Numbered from the stretch's first letter, positions 36,014-45,938 are shown. The stretch: DNA of 64,000 nt from Eubacteriales bacterium (GCA_045577455.1 JAZNIJ010000211.1:32706-96705), one strand, 5' to 3'. A program made the numbers and translations. The notes: a model not told the origin generated them from the letters alone.

Positions 36014-36901
36014 TTATTCAACAACAACTAAGCCATTTTTAACATGGCATTTTTTAACATGAACGCTTCTTCCGTCCCAACCAGAGCCGGAAACAAGGTT
36101 TGCGTGATATACAATCCAGGTATTTCCTTCATCGTCATTAGTAAAAGAACAATGCCCTGGTCCATATGCACCCTCTTTTTTTGAAAGTATAGGTTCTTTT
36201 TCTTTAACCCAATTGGCGGGATTCATAATATCGCCACCTTTAAATGTGAGCTGTCCCAAGCAATATTCGTCGCACCAGCTTCCGCTTGCAGAGTAGATAA
36301 TCGCTGTAAGTTCATCACTATTGAACCCGACAGGACCTTCATTGATTTTTGGGTGACCACCGCGTCTTTCCCATTCAAGTTCGGGTTTGGAAAGCATAAC
36401 ACGGTTGCCTGTGAGCTTAACAGGAGATTCCATTTTCTGAATGTAAATATTCTGCTCTGAGTTTTCATCACCTTCCCAGCCCGACCAAACAAAGTAATTT
36501 TCTCCTTCGTGTGTCAAAACTGTTCCGTCTATTGCCCATTTGTCAGCAGAATCATTCATCTTTCCAACCATTTCAAATGGTTCTGTTGGGTCTTGAGATG
36601 TTCCTTTTAAAACATACATTCTGTGGTTGCGGTTGTCTCCGTCATCAGCAGCAACATATATATACCAATTGCCATCAATATAGTGAAGCTCAGGAGCCCA
36701 GTATTCGCAAGAATACATAGTTCCTTCGGGAGCGGTATAAACAATTTTTGAATGAACACTTTCTGCCTCATCAAACCATTTGAAAGCTCTTACGGCAACG
36801 CCGTTGCCGGTTGAATGACAGTAAAAATAGGTGTTATCCTTTTTGATTATCCAAGGGTCTGCTCCGGCTGAGATAATTGGATTTGTAAATTCTTTTTTCA
36901 T
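36014..36901 (-). CDS. Glycoside hydrolase family 43 (no signal peptide)
   Basis: 295 aa. Motifs NPIISAGADPWIIKK, WAPELHYIDGNWYIYVAADDG and EGPV. It is a paralogue of the gene at 62992. Confidence 0.85.
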   Translation of the reverse strand: MKKEFTNPIISAGADPWIIKKDNTYFYCHSTGNGVAVRAFKWFDEAESVHSKIVYTAPEGTMYSCEYWAPELHYIDGNWYIYVAADDGDNRNHRMYVLKGTSQDPTEPFEMVGKMNDSADKWAIDGTVLTHEGENYFVWSGWEGDENSEQNIYIQKMESPVKLTGNRVMLSKPELEWERRGGHPKINEGPVGFNSDELTAIIYSASGSWCDEYCLGQLTFKGGDIMNPANWVKEKEPILSKKEGAYGPGHCSFTNDDEGNTWIVYHANLVSGSGWDGRSVHVKKCHVKNGLVVVE

Positions 36902-37033
36902 AAAAGTATATACCTTTCTTTAAATATATATTTTTTATTGTTTATTTTTATTTTAATAGAGTTATTTTATCCATTAACTTGCAATTAGAGCATTCCCAAG
37001 GAAGAAACATTTTTAAATGCAGATTTTGAGTTT

Positions 37034-39007
37034 TTACCACCTGCCGGGTTTAGGAGGTCTTGTGCCGTTTCCGGGCTTCATTCCACCGCCTGGATTCATT
37101 CCTCCGCCCATATTTCCACCGCCTGTAACTATTGCTGTTTGGTTGATGGAAGCAATTGCGGAGCCACCATTATATGTGTTTGAATGGTATACCCCATTTT
37201 CGGGGCTTCCGCTTCCTGTTCCCCCTGTCCATATTTCGTAAGTTTCCCCTGTTTTAAGCTGTGGGGATGAGAAAACAAGGTGTCCAAATTGCTTTGTTGT
37301 TTTAAAAACAAAAATTACATTTCCGTTTGAATCTTTAATTGCTAAAGTTGTTCCTACAGAACCGTTGCAGTATGACCCAAATACACATTGAGTTGTTCCG
37401 TTTGTGTTTCCTAAAATTTCGCCTGCCATACCATTGCTACCAATTGAAAGAAGCGTACCGCCTGTTATGGAAATGTTTCCGTTGTGGTCAACGGAACTGT
37501 TACCGCCGTTTGTCGGCCCTTCGCAAAGCACTAAACCACCTGTGATGAATATGCTTCCATTAGAGTCGAGACCGTCTCCCGATGCATTTACATAGAGAGT
37601 TCCACCGCTTACATTGAATTTGCAGGCAGAGTTGTTTGCCATTCCTCCACCACCCATACCGCCCATGCCACCACCTGAGCCGTCGGATGCATTGATTCCA
37701 TCATCTGATGATTTCACAAGAGTTTTGCCGCCGGAAATGTTGATAACAGCCGATTCAATGCCTTCGTATGATTTTGTTATATTAACAGAGCCATTTTTTA
37801 TGTTAATTTCCGAATCAGCGTGTATACCGTCATCATTGGAGGACACTGTAACATTGCCACCGTTTATGTTTACTGTACCATTTGAATGAAGTCCGTCGTC
37901 ATTTGCGGTTATGGAAACCGTTCCTCCTGTTACGGAGACATCTTTTCCGCCCTTTATTCCTTTTTTGGAATCGGTTGATGAACCGTAGCCATTGCCGCTT
38001 TTTATGTTTACTGTTCCTCCGCTTATGCAAACTCCGCTTTCACCCTGAATTCCATCGAGAGAGGAGGTTATCATGATTTTTCCCTTTGAAATATTAACGA
38101 AACCGACTTCTGTGCTGTCTGCGTTGGAAGATTGAATGCCGTCTCCTTCTGCATTAACAGTTATATCTCCACCGCATATTCCAACGCAATCCTTGCCCTT
38201 TATGCCATCTCCTGCAGAGGTTATATTTATAGTACCACCGCAGATTTTCAATTTGTCCTTGCACTGTATTCCATTTTTGAAATTTGCGGTAACTGTAAGG
38301 GAACCGTTGCCGTTGAATGAAAGGTCATCCTTAGAAAAAATAGCCGCAGATGGTTCTTCATTTGTTGCATCGTCATATGAATATGTTTTGCAATCTGTAA
38401 AGCTGTTTTCAGTTCCATCTGCAAGAGTTAAAATAACCTTATCGGCAGAAGCAACATAAAACGGAGCTGATGTATCACAAGTTACGGAAACTCCCTTAAG
38501 AATAAGTCGCACAGGGGTGTTATCCGAGGAATTGACAACAATTCGCCCATTAAGTGTGCCTGTTAAGACATAGACACCACCGGCAGTTACGGTGATAACA
38601 CCATTGTTGTTTAAAACTCCATCGCCTTTTATCTCGGCTGATGTTCCGTTTAAAGAAATTGTAACCGCCGAATTTTCATCATATGTTGATGTTGTATCAT
38701 TTTCTTTGTATGAAATTTCATAGTTGAGGGTGGATGAATCCCCGTTTTGTGAGCCATCGTTGTTGCTATTTTGCGAATTGTTGTTGCTTGGGGAGTTGCT
38801 GTTGCCATCCTGAGAATTATCATTGTTTTGAGAATTGTCGGATGAGCTTTCGGAATCGCTTGAAACACCACTTTCACTTGTTGATGCTGTCTCGCTTGTT
38901 GCGACGGAAGAATTTTCCGAGGTTGAGCACGATGTTATCAGCAAAGATGTAATTGCTAATGTTAATAGAAATTTTGATATTGGATTTTTCATAAAAATAC
39001 CTTTCAT
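37034..39007 (-). CDS. Lipoprotein of the Cthe_2159-like carbohydrate-binding beta-helix family
   Basis: Lipobox LITSC. An S/N-rich linker, then iterated GDGI/DGL...GG.I.I beta-helix turns, and a G/M/P-rich C-terminal tail. The start is ATG 39007 or 38992. Confidence 0.7.
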   Translation of the reverse strand: MKGIFMKNPISKFLLTLAITSLLITSCSTSENSSVATSETASTSESGVSSDSESSSDNSQNNDNSQDGNSNSPSNNNSQNSNNDGSQNGDSSTLNYEISYKENDTTSTYDENSAVTISLNGTSAEIKGDGVLNNNGVITVTAGGVYVLTGTLNGRIVVNSSDNTPVRLILKGVSVTCDTSAPFYVASADKVILTLADGTENSFTDCKTYSYDDATNEEPSAAIFSKDDLSFNGNGSLTVTANFKNGIQCKDKLKICGGTINITSAGDGIKGKDCVGICGGDITVNAEGDGIQSSNADSTEVGFVNISKGKIMITSSLDGIQGESGVCISGGTVNIKSGNGYGSSTDSKKGIKGGKDVSVTGGTVSITANDDGLHSNGTVNINGGNVTVSSNDDGIHADSEINIKNGSVNITKSYEGIESAVINISGGKTLVKSSDDGINASDGSGGGMGGMGGGGMANNSACKFNVSGGTLYVNASGDGLDSNGSIFITGGLVLCEGPTNGGNSSVDHNGNISITGGTLLSIGSNGMAGEILGNTNGTTQCVFGSYCNGSVGTTLAIKDSNGNVIFVFKTTKQFGHLVFSSPQLKTGETYEIWTGGTGSGSPENGVYHSNTYNGGSAIASINQTAIVTGGGNMGGGMNPGGGMKPGNGTRPPKPGRW

Positions 39008-39134
39008 GTATAATCTTCATTATGAAATATTTATACAAAAAAGGGCTTAAAACCACCTTAAAGAAAAAGAGTTAATAAAAAATATTATTTTAAACAAATC
39101 TTAGCGAAAATTGATATAAAATGCATAAACACAA

Positions 39135-41222
39135 CTAAATCTTTTTGAACCTAAGTCGAGATGCATTTGCAACAACGCAAATTGAGCTTATACTCATGGC
39201 AATTGCGGCAAAAGGTGGGGACATCTGTATAAAGGGAATTGCTCCTGCAGCAATTGGGATGCAAAGCGAATTATATATAAGTGCCCAAAAAAGATTTTGT
39301 TTTATTATTGCGAGTGCATTTTTACCTAATTTTACAGCAGAAGAAACTTTTGAAAGATTTTCCGACATTGTAACAATATCTGCGGCTTCAACAGAAATAT
39401 CTGTGCCCGTACTTACAGCGATTCCAACATTCGCGCTGATAAGGGAAGGAGCATCGTTTGTTCCGTCACCAACCATAATAACCTTTTCGCCACTTTCTTT
39501 TAATTTGCGGATGTAGCTTTCTTTATCAGCAGGGAGCAGTGAACTTTGGTAATGTTCGATTCCCGTTTTCGTTGCAATTTCTTCAACGCTTGTTTCGTTG
39601 TCTCCGCTGAGCATAACAACTTTTATACCCATTTCCTTGAGATTTTTTACGCATTCTGATGCATCTTCTCTTGGAATGTCGGAAAGAGAGATATAACCGA
39701 TATATCTTCCGTCAACCGCAAAGTATAGGAGAGTTTTTCCCTTTGAAACAATATTTGGAACAGAAACACTGTTCTCTTCCATAAATTTAAGATTACCGCC
39801 AATAATACGTCTGCTATCAATAAATCCTTCAACACCTCTTCCGGGAATGGTTGAAAATCCTGTAACTTTTTCTTTTTTTATGTTTGAATAATAGTTGGTA
39901 ATAGCTGTTGCGGTGGGGTGAGAGCTGTTTGCTTCAATCGATGAGGCATATTTTTCCAATTCGCCTTCGTTAACAGAAACCGCCTCTGTAACTGTGAGCT
40001 TTCCTGTTGTAATAGTGCCGGTTTTATCAAAAATAACCGTTGTTGCTCTGCCCGTTTCTTCAAGAGAAGCGGCATTTTTTATAAGGATACCCTTACTTGC
40101 TCCTTTTCCAACCGCTGCCATAACAGCCGCAGGTGTTGCAAGTCCTAAGGCGCAGGGACATGAAACAACAAGAACCGCAACAGCGTGATTTATTGCCTGA
40201 CTTGGATTGCCGAAAATGATATGGCAGATTCCTGTTATTATTGCAACAGAAATAACGGAAGGAACAAAAATTTTACTAACTTTGTCGGCAAATCGTGCAA
40301 TGGGGGCTTTAGTTGCGGATGCTTCTTCCATAAGTGCGGCAATTTTATCAACAATTCTGTCGCCGCCAACGCTGAGCGCTTCAATTTTTACATACCCCGA
40401 AAGGTTAATTGATGAAGAAACGACCTCGTCGCCAAAAGAAAGGTCTTTCGGTAAGCTCTCTCCTGTTATGGCACTTGTGTCAAATGAAGCAGCACCTTCT
40501 ATAATAATTCCATCAACAGGAACTGTGCCACCTTCTTTTACAATTACAATATCTCCTTCTTTAATGTCTGAAACGGGAATTTCATAAACTCCGCTACCTC
40601 TTTCAACAAAAGCAACATCGGGAAGGAGCTTCATAAATTCGCCAATAGAGTCAAACGCCTTTTTCTTAACCCGGCTTTCTATATATTTTCCAAGGGAAAC
40701 AACGGTAAAGATCATAACTGCACCGTCGAAGTAATAATGGTTTCCGTTGAAAATTGAAAATGTGCTATATACAATCGATGCAATAACCCCTGTAATTACA
40801 AGGGATTCCATATTGGGAGAAAATGATATAAAACCTTTTATTCCTCTTGAAAAATACTGTCCGCAAACGAAACAAGTTGTCAGTGCCAATGCAAGCTGAA
40901 CCCACCCTGATATATAAGAATCTTTGATGAAATGAGCAGCAATGTGAGAAGCAACCATCAAAACTGTGCAGATAATAATTCTCAGTCCTGCATATTCCTT
41001 TTTTGCTTGTTTCGGTTCTTTCCCATTTTCATATATATCAAATCCAAGGGATTTAACAGTTTTAATTATCTGCGAATCATCACCTTCAAATTCAACATTG
41101 AGAATTCCAGATGCAAGAGATGCGGTTGCAGAGGTTACATTTTCAAGTAAAGAGAGCTTGCGTTCAATGGAATTAACGCATGAAGCACAACGCATGGTAA
41201 AAACCTTATATGTTTTTTTCAT
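39135..41222 (-). CDS. copA: Copper-translocating P1B-type ATPase
   Basis: N-terminal HMA domain with CASC; TM6 CPC; DKTGTIT; SSHP; GDGTNDAP; TM7 YNSLCIP (YNx4P) and TM8 MSISS (MxxSS), the Cu(I)-type signature. Confidence 0.85.
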   Translation of the reverse strand: MKKTYKVFTMRCASCVNSIERKLSLLENVTSATASLASGILNVEFEGDDSQIIKTVKSLGFDIYENGKEPKQAKKEYAGLRIIICTVLMVASHIAAHFIKDSYISGWVQLALALTTCFVCGQYFSRGIKGFISFSPNMESLVITGVIASIVYSTFSIFNGNHYYFDGAVMIFTVVSLGKYIESRVKKKAFDSIGEFMKLLPDVAFVERGSGVYEIPVSDIKEGDIVIVKEGGTVPVDGIIIEGAASFDTSAITGESLPKDLSFGDEVVSSSINLSGYVKIEALSVGGDRIVDKIAALMEEASATKAPIARFADKVSKIFVPSVISVAIITGICHIIFGNPSQAINHAVAVLVVSCPCALGLATPAAVMAAVGKGASKGILIKNAASLEETGRATTVIFDKTGTITTGKLTVTEAVSVNEGELEKYASSIEANSSHPTATAITNYYSNIKKEKVTGFSTIPGRGVEGFIDSRRIIGGNLKFMEENSVSVPNIVSKGKTLLYFAVDGRYIGYISLSDIPREDASECVKNLKEMGIKVVMLSGDNETSVEEIATKTGIEHYQSSLLPADKESYIRKLKESGEKVIMVGDGTNDAPSLISANVGIAVSTGTDISVEAADIVTMSENLSKVSSAVKLGKNALAIIKQNLFWALIYNSLCIPIAAGAIPFIQMSPPFAAIAMSISSICVVANASRLRFKKI

Positions 41223-41329
41223 TTTTCTCCTTTTGAGTTTGCTGTAATGTTGTCGTTTTTATTTAATAAATAATAGAAATTTTTTCATAGCCCTAAATAA
41301 TAAGACAATAAAAGCAAAAGGGCTTTGGA

Positions 41330-42280
41330 TCACTCCAAAAACCCTTCAATAATAACTGTTTCAGCTTCTTCGGTAGTGAGTCCCAAGGTCTGGAGCTTTA
41401 AAAGTTGTTCGCTATTTATCCTTCCAATTGCCGCTTCGTGAATCATTTCTGCTTCGGCACAGTTTGCAACAATTTCAGGAATTGAGGTCACTACTGCATT
41501 ATCCATAATTATGGAATCGCATTGAATATGAGCTGCACATAATGCGTTTCCTATGGCTCGTGGATGAAAAATCTGTTTTGATGAATCTCTTGCAACAGAA
41601 CGGGAAATAATCTGGAGCGACGCACCTTCGCCTTCAAGAGAAATGTCAACATCAGATTTTGCAATCTGATCATCGTGGGTAACAAGACGTTCTGTCATAT
41701 TGAGCTTCGCGTTTTTACCAACTTTGGCAAATGTCCTCCTGTCTGTTGAGGTAACACCCTCTATCTGTGTCGTGTCAAGGTCAAAAACAGAGTCTTCTTC
41801 CATATATATTTCTGTTATGGGGTTCATAATCCTGCTACCGCTTCCGCCGCCAAAATGCTTTTCGGTGTATCTTACTTTTGCACCCTTCCCTAAGTGAAAA
41901 GCATGAACACCATCGTGGCGGCTTGAGGTACAACTATCGTTGTTGTGAATTCCGCAGCCAGCAACTATTTCACAAACTGCGTTTTCACCAACATAAAAGT
42001 CGTTATAAACAAGTTCAGATACACCGCCCTCTGTGATTATAACAGGAATATGGACTTTTTCTCCAACGGAATTTGCTTTTATATATATGTCAATCCCACT
42101 TTTCCCTTCTTTAGGAACTATGGTAACATTTTCTGTGGATTGACGGAGAACGCCTTCACCGTTTTTCCTAACATTAACAGCTCCGTCGGGAATAACGGGC
42201 ATATCTGCGATTGTTTTTAAAAGAGAAAAATCATCTATTGATAAAAGTTTTTTTGAAAGATTTAAAAGGTCAGATGTCAT
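41330..42280 (-). CDS. SufB/SufD family Fe-S cluster assembly protein
   Basis: 316 aa. Beta-helix core and the C-terminal motif HEAAIGRINSEQLLKLQTLGLTTEEAETVIIEGF, typical of SufB/D. Confidence 0.8.
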   Translation of the reverse strand: MTSDLLNLSKKLLSIDDFSLLKTIADMPVIPDGAVNVRKNGEGVLRQSTENVTIVPKEGKSGIDIYIKANSVGEKVHIPVIITEGGVSELVYNDFYVGENAVCEIVAGCGIHNNDSCTSSRHDGVHAFHLGKGAKVRYTEKHFGGGSGSRIMNPITEIYMEEDSVFDLDTTQIEGVTSTDRRTFAKVGKNAKLNMTERLVTHDDQIAKSDVDISLEGEGASLQIISRSVARDSSKQIFHPRAIGNALCAAHIQCDSIIMDNAVVTSIPEIVANCAEAEMIHEAAIGRINSEQLLKLQTLGLTTEEAETVIIEGFLE

Positions 42281-42320
42281 TTTTAATCCGTCCGTTATTA
42301 TTTATTGGTTCTGAATATTT

Positions 42321-43022
42321 TTATTTCATCAATCCACAAGAACGGTTGAAATACCCTGATAACTTTGGAAGCATTTCACTGCCCGAAGCGATTTCTGAAA
42401 TTTTTCCTGCGGAAATAACCGCAATTCTGTCTGCGAGTTTCATAATTCTTTCTTGGTGAGAAATGATTATGGTTGCTCCTTTACCCCGTTGATTCCCGAA
42501 GGTTTCAACGAGCATATTGAAGCTCCAAAGGTCAATTCCTGCTTCAGGTTCGTCGTAAATTGCAACCTTGAGCTTTCTTGCCAAAACAGTTGCAACTTCA
42601 ATTCTTTTTAGCTCGCCCCCTGAAAGTGAGGCATCAAGCGTGCGACTCAGATACTCTTTCTGACAAAGGCCAACTTGTGAAAGTAACCCACAACAGCATT
42701 CATCACTGAAGTTTTCTCCGCAGGCAATAGATAGAAGTTTTTTTACGGTTAAACCTTTGAAACGAGGAGGTGCTTGGAAAGCATAACCAATTCCCTTGTT
42801 TGCTCGCTCTGTTATCGGAAGGTTGGTTATGTCCTCTCCGTTTAAAAGTATTTGCCCGGAGGTTGGGGTGATAATACCCATAATTATTTTTGCCAAGGTG
42901 CTTTTTCCACCGCCGTTAGGGCCAGTGAAAAGAAGTATCTCATCGTCTTTAACGGTAAGTGATACATCGTTAATGATGGTTTTATCATCAGATGTGAAGG
43001 TTATATTTTTTAATTCAAGCAT
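42321..43022 (-). CDS. sufC: SufC-like ABC ATPase
   Basis: 233 aa. Walker A GPNGGGKST, signature LSGGELKR, Walker B AIYDEPEAGID, H-loop ISHQ. Confidence 0.8.
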   Translation of the reverse strand: MLELKNITFTSDDKTIINDVSLTVKDDEILLFTGPNGGGKSTLAKIIMGIITPTSGQILLNGEDITNLPITERANKGIGYAFQAPPRFKGLTVKKLLSIACGENFSDECCCGLLSQVGLCQKEYLSRTLDASLSGGELKRIEVATVLARKLKVAIYDEPEAGIDLWSFNMLVETFGNQRGKGATIIISHQERIMKLADRIAVISAGKISEIASGSEMLPKLSGYFNRSCGLMK

Positions 43023-43026
43023 ATTG

Positions 43027-43764
43027 TTAATCGACGATTATGTCTATAGTGACAGAATCAGAGTCCTTTTTTACTGTTTTTAATATTCCTTTAGAAATCT
43101 CCGTTATATACTCCAAATCATCGTTGTTCATATAAGAAAGTCCGGATTTTATGTCGGGGATATAAGATTTGTTGTGAATATCCGATCCTATAACTCCAAT
43201 ATACCCTTTTTCAAGATATTTTATGAGTTTTTTTCTTGTGAAAAATTTTGTAAGAGCAGAGACATTTATTTGAGCTATGCATCCCATATTAAGGAGAGAA
43301 ACCAAAGTTTTCTCTTTTAAAAGGAAGGGGTATCTGTCTATGTGAGCCAAAATCGGAATAAGGTTGTATGAATAAACCAAATTGTTGAGCATAGATATGG
43401 TAGAGCTTGTAATTTCTTCGTTATAAGGTAGCTCAGTGAGTATGAACTTGCCGCCAAGGTCAATGGTGAGAGGCGTTAGGTCATCATAGTTGAAAACAAT
43501 TTGTTCAAGATAAACTTCGCTTCCCAAATGTAGCTTGGGAACATCTATTTGCTTTTTTCTCAGTTCTTCCGCAAGAAGTTTGCAAGCGGCATCTCTGCTT
43601 GCAACAAATGCGTTCATGCTTTTCTGACCCGGATAAAAGTGCGGAGTCAAAACGATGTGCGCTGCTCCGAGAGAGTGCATGGTATCAATGAGGAAAAGAG
43701 AATCTTCAACGGTTTTTGCTCCGTCATCTATGCCCGGCAATATATGTGAATGAAAATCTATCAT
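43027..43764 (-). CDS. PHP-family protein-tyrosine phosphatase (CpsB/Wzh type)
   Basis: MIDFHSHILPGIDDGAKTVEDS and later H-rich motifs (TPHF, AHIDRY, GSDIHN). The stop lies 4 nt before the sufC start. Confidence 0.88.
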   Translation of the reverse strand: MIDFHSHILPGIDDGAKTVEDSLFLIDTMHSLGAAHIVLTPHFYPGQKSMNAFVASRDAACKLLAEELRKKQIDVPKLHLGSEVYLEQIVFNYDDLTPLTIDLGGKFILTELPYNEEITSSTISMLNNLVYSYNLIPILAHIDRYPFLLKEKTLVSLLNMGCIAQINVSALTKFFTRKKLIKYLEKGYIGVIGSDIHNKSYIPDIKSGLSYMNNDDLEYITEISKGILKTVKKDSDSVTIDIIVD

Positions 43765-43779
43765 AAGCAGCACCCTGAT

Positions 43780-44715
43780 TTACTTCTTATATACCTCGGT
43801 GGAAATCTCATCTGAAGACTTCGGCTGGCTATCATTTTCCCCGTCACGTTTTTCAACAAGTATAACACCATTGTCTCCGGCTTCGCTTTCGGTTCTTTCT
43901 TTATCACCATATGTTGCGGCATAGCTGTATGAACTGTATGAACTGTATGAACCATATGAGCCGTATCTTCCGTATCTTCCGTATTTGCCATATTTTGATG
44001 ATTTTTTTGAATAGGATTTGCCTGTGATATTAGCATCGGCACCGTTGTATACAATGCCAATAACTTTGGCTGAAATGAAGTTGAGAGAGTTCAGCGCCGC
44101 CTGAAGCTCATCGTGGGTTGAATGTTCCTGTCTGATAACAAGAACAACACCGTCTGAAACTCTTGCTAAGTTCAAGCCGTCTGAAAGGATATTTATAGGC
44201 GGTGTGTCTATGAGAATATAATCATATTGTTCGGAAAGCGTCGCAAGAAGCTCCTTCATTCTGTCACTACCAAGCATTTCGGATGGGTTTGGAACGGCAA
44301 TACCTGCTGTAAGAAGGTGCAAGTCGCTGTATTCCTTCATTTTATTAACTGCTTGGTCATAGGTTGCAAGTTTACTCAAAACATTGCTCAATCCCGTTGT
44401 ATTGGAAACTTTAAATGTTCTGTGCAAACGCGGCTTTAAAAGGTCGCAATCTATAAGAAGAACCTTGTAAAACGCTTTTGAAAGTGAAACCGCAATGTTG
44501 GAAATCGTTGTGGATTTACCTTCTGCAGGAATTGGGCTTGTGAAGGTTATTATTTTACATCCGTCTTTGATGAGTGAAAGAACAATGTTGGTTCTTATGG
44601 TTTTATACGCTTCTTTTACGGAGAATGAGAGCAGCTTATCCTGTTCGCTCTCCGGACGATACCCGGATGTATATATTTTTCTTTCGTGAGGATTCTTTTT
44701 TTTGCCAAACATCAT
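43780..44715 (-). CDS. Bacterial tyrosine (BY) autokinase, CpsD/CapB type
   Basis: Walker A PAEGKST, A' LLIDCDL, B ILIDTPP. C-terminal Tyr cluster KYGKYGRYGRYGSYGSYSSYSSYSY, plus a ~45-aa acidic extension. Confidence 0.9.
   Translation of the reverse strand: MMFGKKKNPHERKIYTSGYRPESEQDKLLSFSVKEAYKTIRTNIVLSLIKDGCKIITFTSPIPAEGKSTTISNIAVSLSKAFYKVLLIDCDLLKPRLHRTFKVSNTTGLSNVLSKLATYDQAVNKMKEYSDLHLLTAGIAVPNPSEMLGSDRMKELLATLSEQYDYILIDTPPINILSDGLNLARVSDGVVLVIRQEHSTHDELQAALNSLNFISAKVIGIVYNGADANITGKSYSKKSSKYGKYGRYGRYGSYGSYSSYSSYSYAATYGDKERTESEAGDNGVILVEKRDGENDSQPKSSDEISTEVYKK
43925..43996. repeat. Eight tandem 9-nt units encoding the BY-kinase tyrosine cluster
   Basis: Plus strand: CTGTATGAA x3, CCATATGAG, CCGTATCTT x2, CCGTATTTG, CCATATTTT. 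Each unit is one x-Y-x triplet on the coding strand. Confidence 0.85.
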
Positions 44716-44724
44716 GCGCCCTCC

Positions 44725-45594
44725 TTACTTTTTATTTTTCTTTGCGGAGCTTTTGGAGCTTGGAACATCTTCTTGCGAGGAAGCGGCTCTTGAATATGAA
44801 TCATAACCGCTGTAGGAATATTTTCCTGCTCTCTTGCTTGGCTTACCGTCAAACGAAGGAACAACGCCGAGAATTGGTATTCCGCCAACATTCAAGTCGG
44901 AAACTGATCTTATTCTCGTATCCTTGGAATCTTTGATATAGCAAATGAGGAATGTAACAATTGCGCCAACCGCCGCAAGAATCAAGGAAAGATTCTTGGA
45001 CTGGGAAACAGATGCAGCGGCAGGTCTTGGGTCTTCAACAACCTCAACGTTCTTAACGCGGAATTTTTGGTATAGATATTCATCAATGTAGTCTCTGAGA
45101 ACTGTTGTTATATCTCTTGTGAGTGCTGCACTGTATGTGTAAACTGTAAATCTAACGATTGCAGATTCGGAGCGTTTGGAGGTGGAAACAGAACCTTTGA
45201 GATATCCTGCACTGGCTCTCGCTTTAAGCATTTCAAAATTATCAACCCCATATTTGGTTTTGATAACTTCATCTGAAAGCTCACCGTCTTCAACTCGTTT
45301 TTCCCAAACCTTAATAAGTTCCTGACTTAGTTCGGTATAGAATTTGTATGTGTTTATGGTGAGAAGATATGTGTCAACATATTTTGCTTCGGATTCAATA
45401 TACTTGCTGTAATCCTCAACACCCTCTGCAAGAGTGTGGATATAAAGCTCGGTATAAGAAAAGTATGAAACGCTCGTTGACCTTTTTGCAAGCTCGTATC
45501 CAACGGCATAAAAAGCAATGGCAACGATTATAATGAACAGAAAGAACCTTTTAACTACCTTAAGGGCTTTTTCAATGGAAAAAGAAAAATTCAT
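44725..45594 (-). CDS. Wzz/CpsC-type chain-length determinant (BY-kinase transmembrane activator)
   Basis: ATG 45594 follows GGAGGT. Two TM helices (FFLFIIIVAIAFYAVGY; LSLILAAVGAIVTFLICYI) flank a soluble domain. Lies directly upstream of the BY-kinase. Confidence 0.8.
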   Translation of the reverse strand: MNFSFSIEKALKVVKRFFLFIIIVAIAFYAVGYELAKRSTSVSYFSYTELYIHTLAEGVEDYSKYIESEAKYVDTYLLTINTYKFYTELSQELIKVWEKRVEDGELSDEVIKTKYGVDNFEMLKARASAGYLKGSVSTSKRSESAIVRFTVYTYSAALTRDITTVLRDYIDEYLYQKFRVKNVEVVEDPRPAAASVSQSKNLSLILAAVGAIVTFLICYIKDSKDTRIRSVSDLNVGGIPILGVVPSFDGKPSKRAGKYSYSGYDSYSRAASSQEDVPSSKSSAKKNKK

Positions 45595-45818
45595 TTGCCT
45601 ACCTCCGTGTTTTTTGTTTCGGTTGCTATAGGAGATATATCTTTCAACCGAAAATATTGGTAAAACGGTAAAGGAAATTTGCAACTTCAAAGCAAAAAAG
45701 GTTGAAAAACAACATATATCCTAAAATTGCCTGAATCCTATAACACAATTTAAAAAATTAACCTTATTAAATATAACAAAAAAAATTGCATTTGTCAATA
45801 GAAAAAACAAATATATTA

Positions 45819-45847
45819 TTGACAATTGAAAGAAACTGTAGTAAAAT
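45819..45847 (+). promoter_or_regulatory. Sigma-A promoter of serC-serA
   Basis: TTGACA (45819-45824), 17-nt spacer, TAAAAT (45842-45847), giving a ~90-nt leader. Confidence 0.6.
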
Positions 45848-45938
45848 AACCCTGTTAAGCGGATACTGTCCACCGAGGTTTTCGGTTGAAACGGATGATA
45901 TTCGTGGAAAATAATAAGAAGAACAGGATGAAAGTATT

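Noticed and set aside
37017-37241. 74-aa Pro-rich ORF on the plus strand.
   Set aside because: It is the reverse complement of the Gly/Met/Pro-rich C-terminal tail of the Cthe_2159-like lipoprotein, so it is a compositional artefact.
45848-45938. Riboswitch or T-box leaders upstream of serC, and likewise upstream of serS (16220-16237), asd (33705-33811) and the AGCS symporter (26813-26940).
   Set aside because: The leaders are too short (18-130 nt). I could not find T-box specifier/antiterminator, L-box or glycine-riboswitch core sequences. The serC leader has a possible TCCAC...GTGGA stem but nothing diagnostic.
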